A stretch of DNA of 61,575 bases, filler included, from Nemertoderma westbladi (lineage: Eukaryota; Animalia; Xenacoelomorpha): the NCBI GenBank assembly GCA_032718475.1. It is 3 parts of 3 records of this genome, joined end to end, with 100 filler letters (N's around TTAATTAATTAA, not from the genome) between each part and the next. Parts side by side here need not be neighbours in the genome. Positions count along the whole stretch, not along the records: positions 45,950 to 61,575 come from JAUCBJ010004197.1; 2 more parts are not named here. The stretch is one strand, 5' to 3'. Within the stretch, counting starts at the first letter, position 1. Each line of letters begins with the position of its first letter. Made by a program: the position numbers and the translations under genes. Below, piece after piece: positions 60,901-61,575 of this stretch. The notes beneath the pieces are model-generated. The model had not been told where the DNA came from. It saw only the letters and a list, made by a program, of their open reading frames with translations, and made no database searches.

Positions 60901-61575
60901 ACGTAGCTTATATATAAGTTGATCCAGTTCTACCGCACCCCGGGACTCACGTAGCTTATATATAAGTTGATCCAGTTCTACCGCACCCTGGGACTCACGT
61001 AGCTTATATATAAGTTGATCCAGTTCTACCGCACCCCGGGACTCACGTAGCTTATATATAAGTTGATCCAGTTCTACCGCACCCGGGACTCACGTAGCTT
61101 ATATATAAGTCACTTACAGTTCTACCGCACCCTGGGACTCACGTAGCTTATATATAAGTTGATCCAGTTCTACCGCACCCTGGGACTCACGTAGCTTATA
61201 TATAAGTTGATCCAGTTCTACCGCACCCTGGGACTCACGTAGCTTATATATAAGTTGATCCAGTTCTACCGCACCCTGGGACTCACGTAGCTTATATATA
61301 AGTTGATCCAGTTCTACCGCACCCTGGGACTCACGTAGCTTATATATAAGTTGATCCAGTTCTACCGCACCCTGGGACTCACGTAGCTTATATATATAAG
61401 TCGACTTCCAGTTCTACCGCACCCTGGGACTCACGTAGCTGATATATAAGTTCACTTCCAGTTCTACCGCACCCTGGGACTCACGTAGCTTATATATAAG
61501 TTGATACAGTTCTACCGCACCCTGGGACTCACGTAGCTTATATATAAGTCACTTACAGTTCTACCGCACCCTGGG
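45950..61575. repeat. 48-bp satellite array, roughly 310 copies, with 49-bp variants
   Basis: Unit AGTTGATCCAGTTCTACCGCACCCTGGGACTCACGTAGCTTATATATA; GTCACTTAC variant; CCCTGGG/CCCCGGG/CCCAGGG polymorphism. Runs off the window end. Confidence 0.98.
59410..60001 (-). mobile_element. 5'-truncated RTE-clade LINE insertion with 9-bp TSD
   Basis: KGKAWAALNRLSKIWKS..KVRLFRAAVVPVLLYGS..RLRFAGHCFR..DRELW; short (TAG)n tail; AGTTGATCC duplicated at 59401-09 and 60002-10. Confidence 0.9.

Noticed and set aside
45950-61575. CRISPR array, or coding ORFs (QLIYKLRESRGAVELD repeats)
   Set aside because: No unique spacers and no cas genes. The ORFs arise because the 48-bp unit is a multiple of three and stop-free in one frame.

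Overview
Repeat-rich eukaryotic (probably invertebrate animal) genomic window made of three contigs joined by artificial N-TTAATTAATTAA-N spacers (~17302-17401, ~45850-45949). Host features: a U6 snRNA, a two-exon Bicaudal-D gene (~880 aa, with two internal coding tandem repeats), and an orphan alpha-tubulin C-terminal fragment. The rest is mostly mobile DNA: nested MITEs, several LINE fragments (CR1/L2-like, RTE-like), and decayed piggyBac and pogo/PHD transposons. The most interesting block is 34.4-45.8 kb. It holds the probable left arm of a Maverick/Polinton (acidic ORF, tandem PC4-like ORF, membrane-anchored pseudo-dUTPase, ZnF/GSGW N-terminus of a pPolB-type gene). That arm is cut off by a 24-bp minisatellite matching the subterminal repeats of an adjacent IS3EU-like element, which carries a HECT E3-ligase cargo gene and an integrase-core transposase. 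The last ~15.6 kb is a 48-bp satellite with multi-kb internal duplications and one TSD-flanked RTE insertion. All family assignments are by-eye motif recognition; no database search was run.
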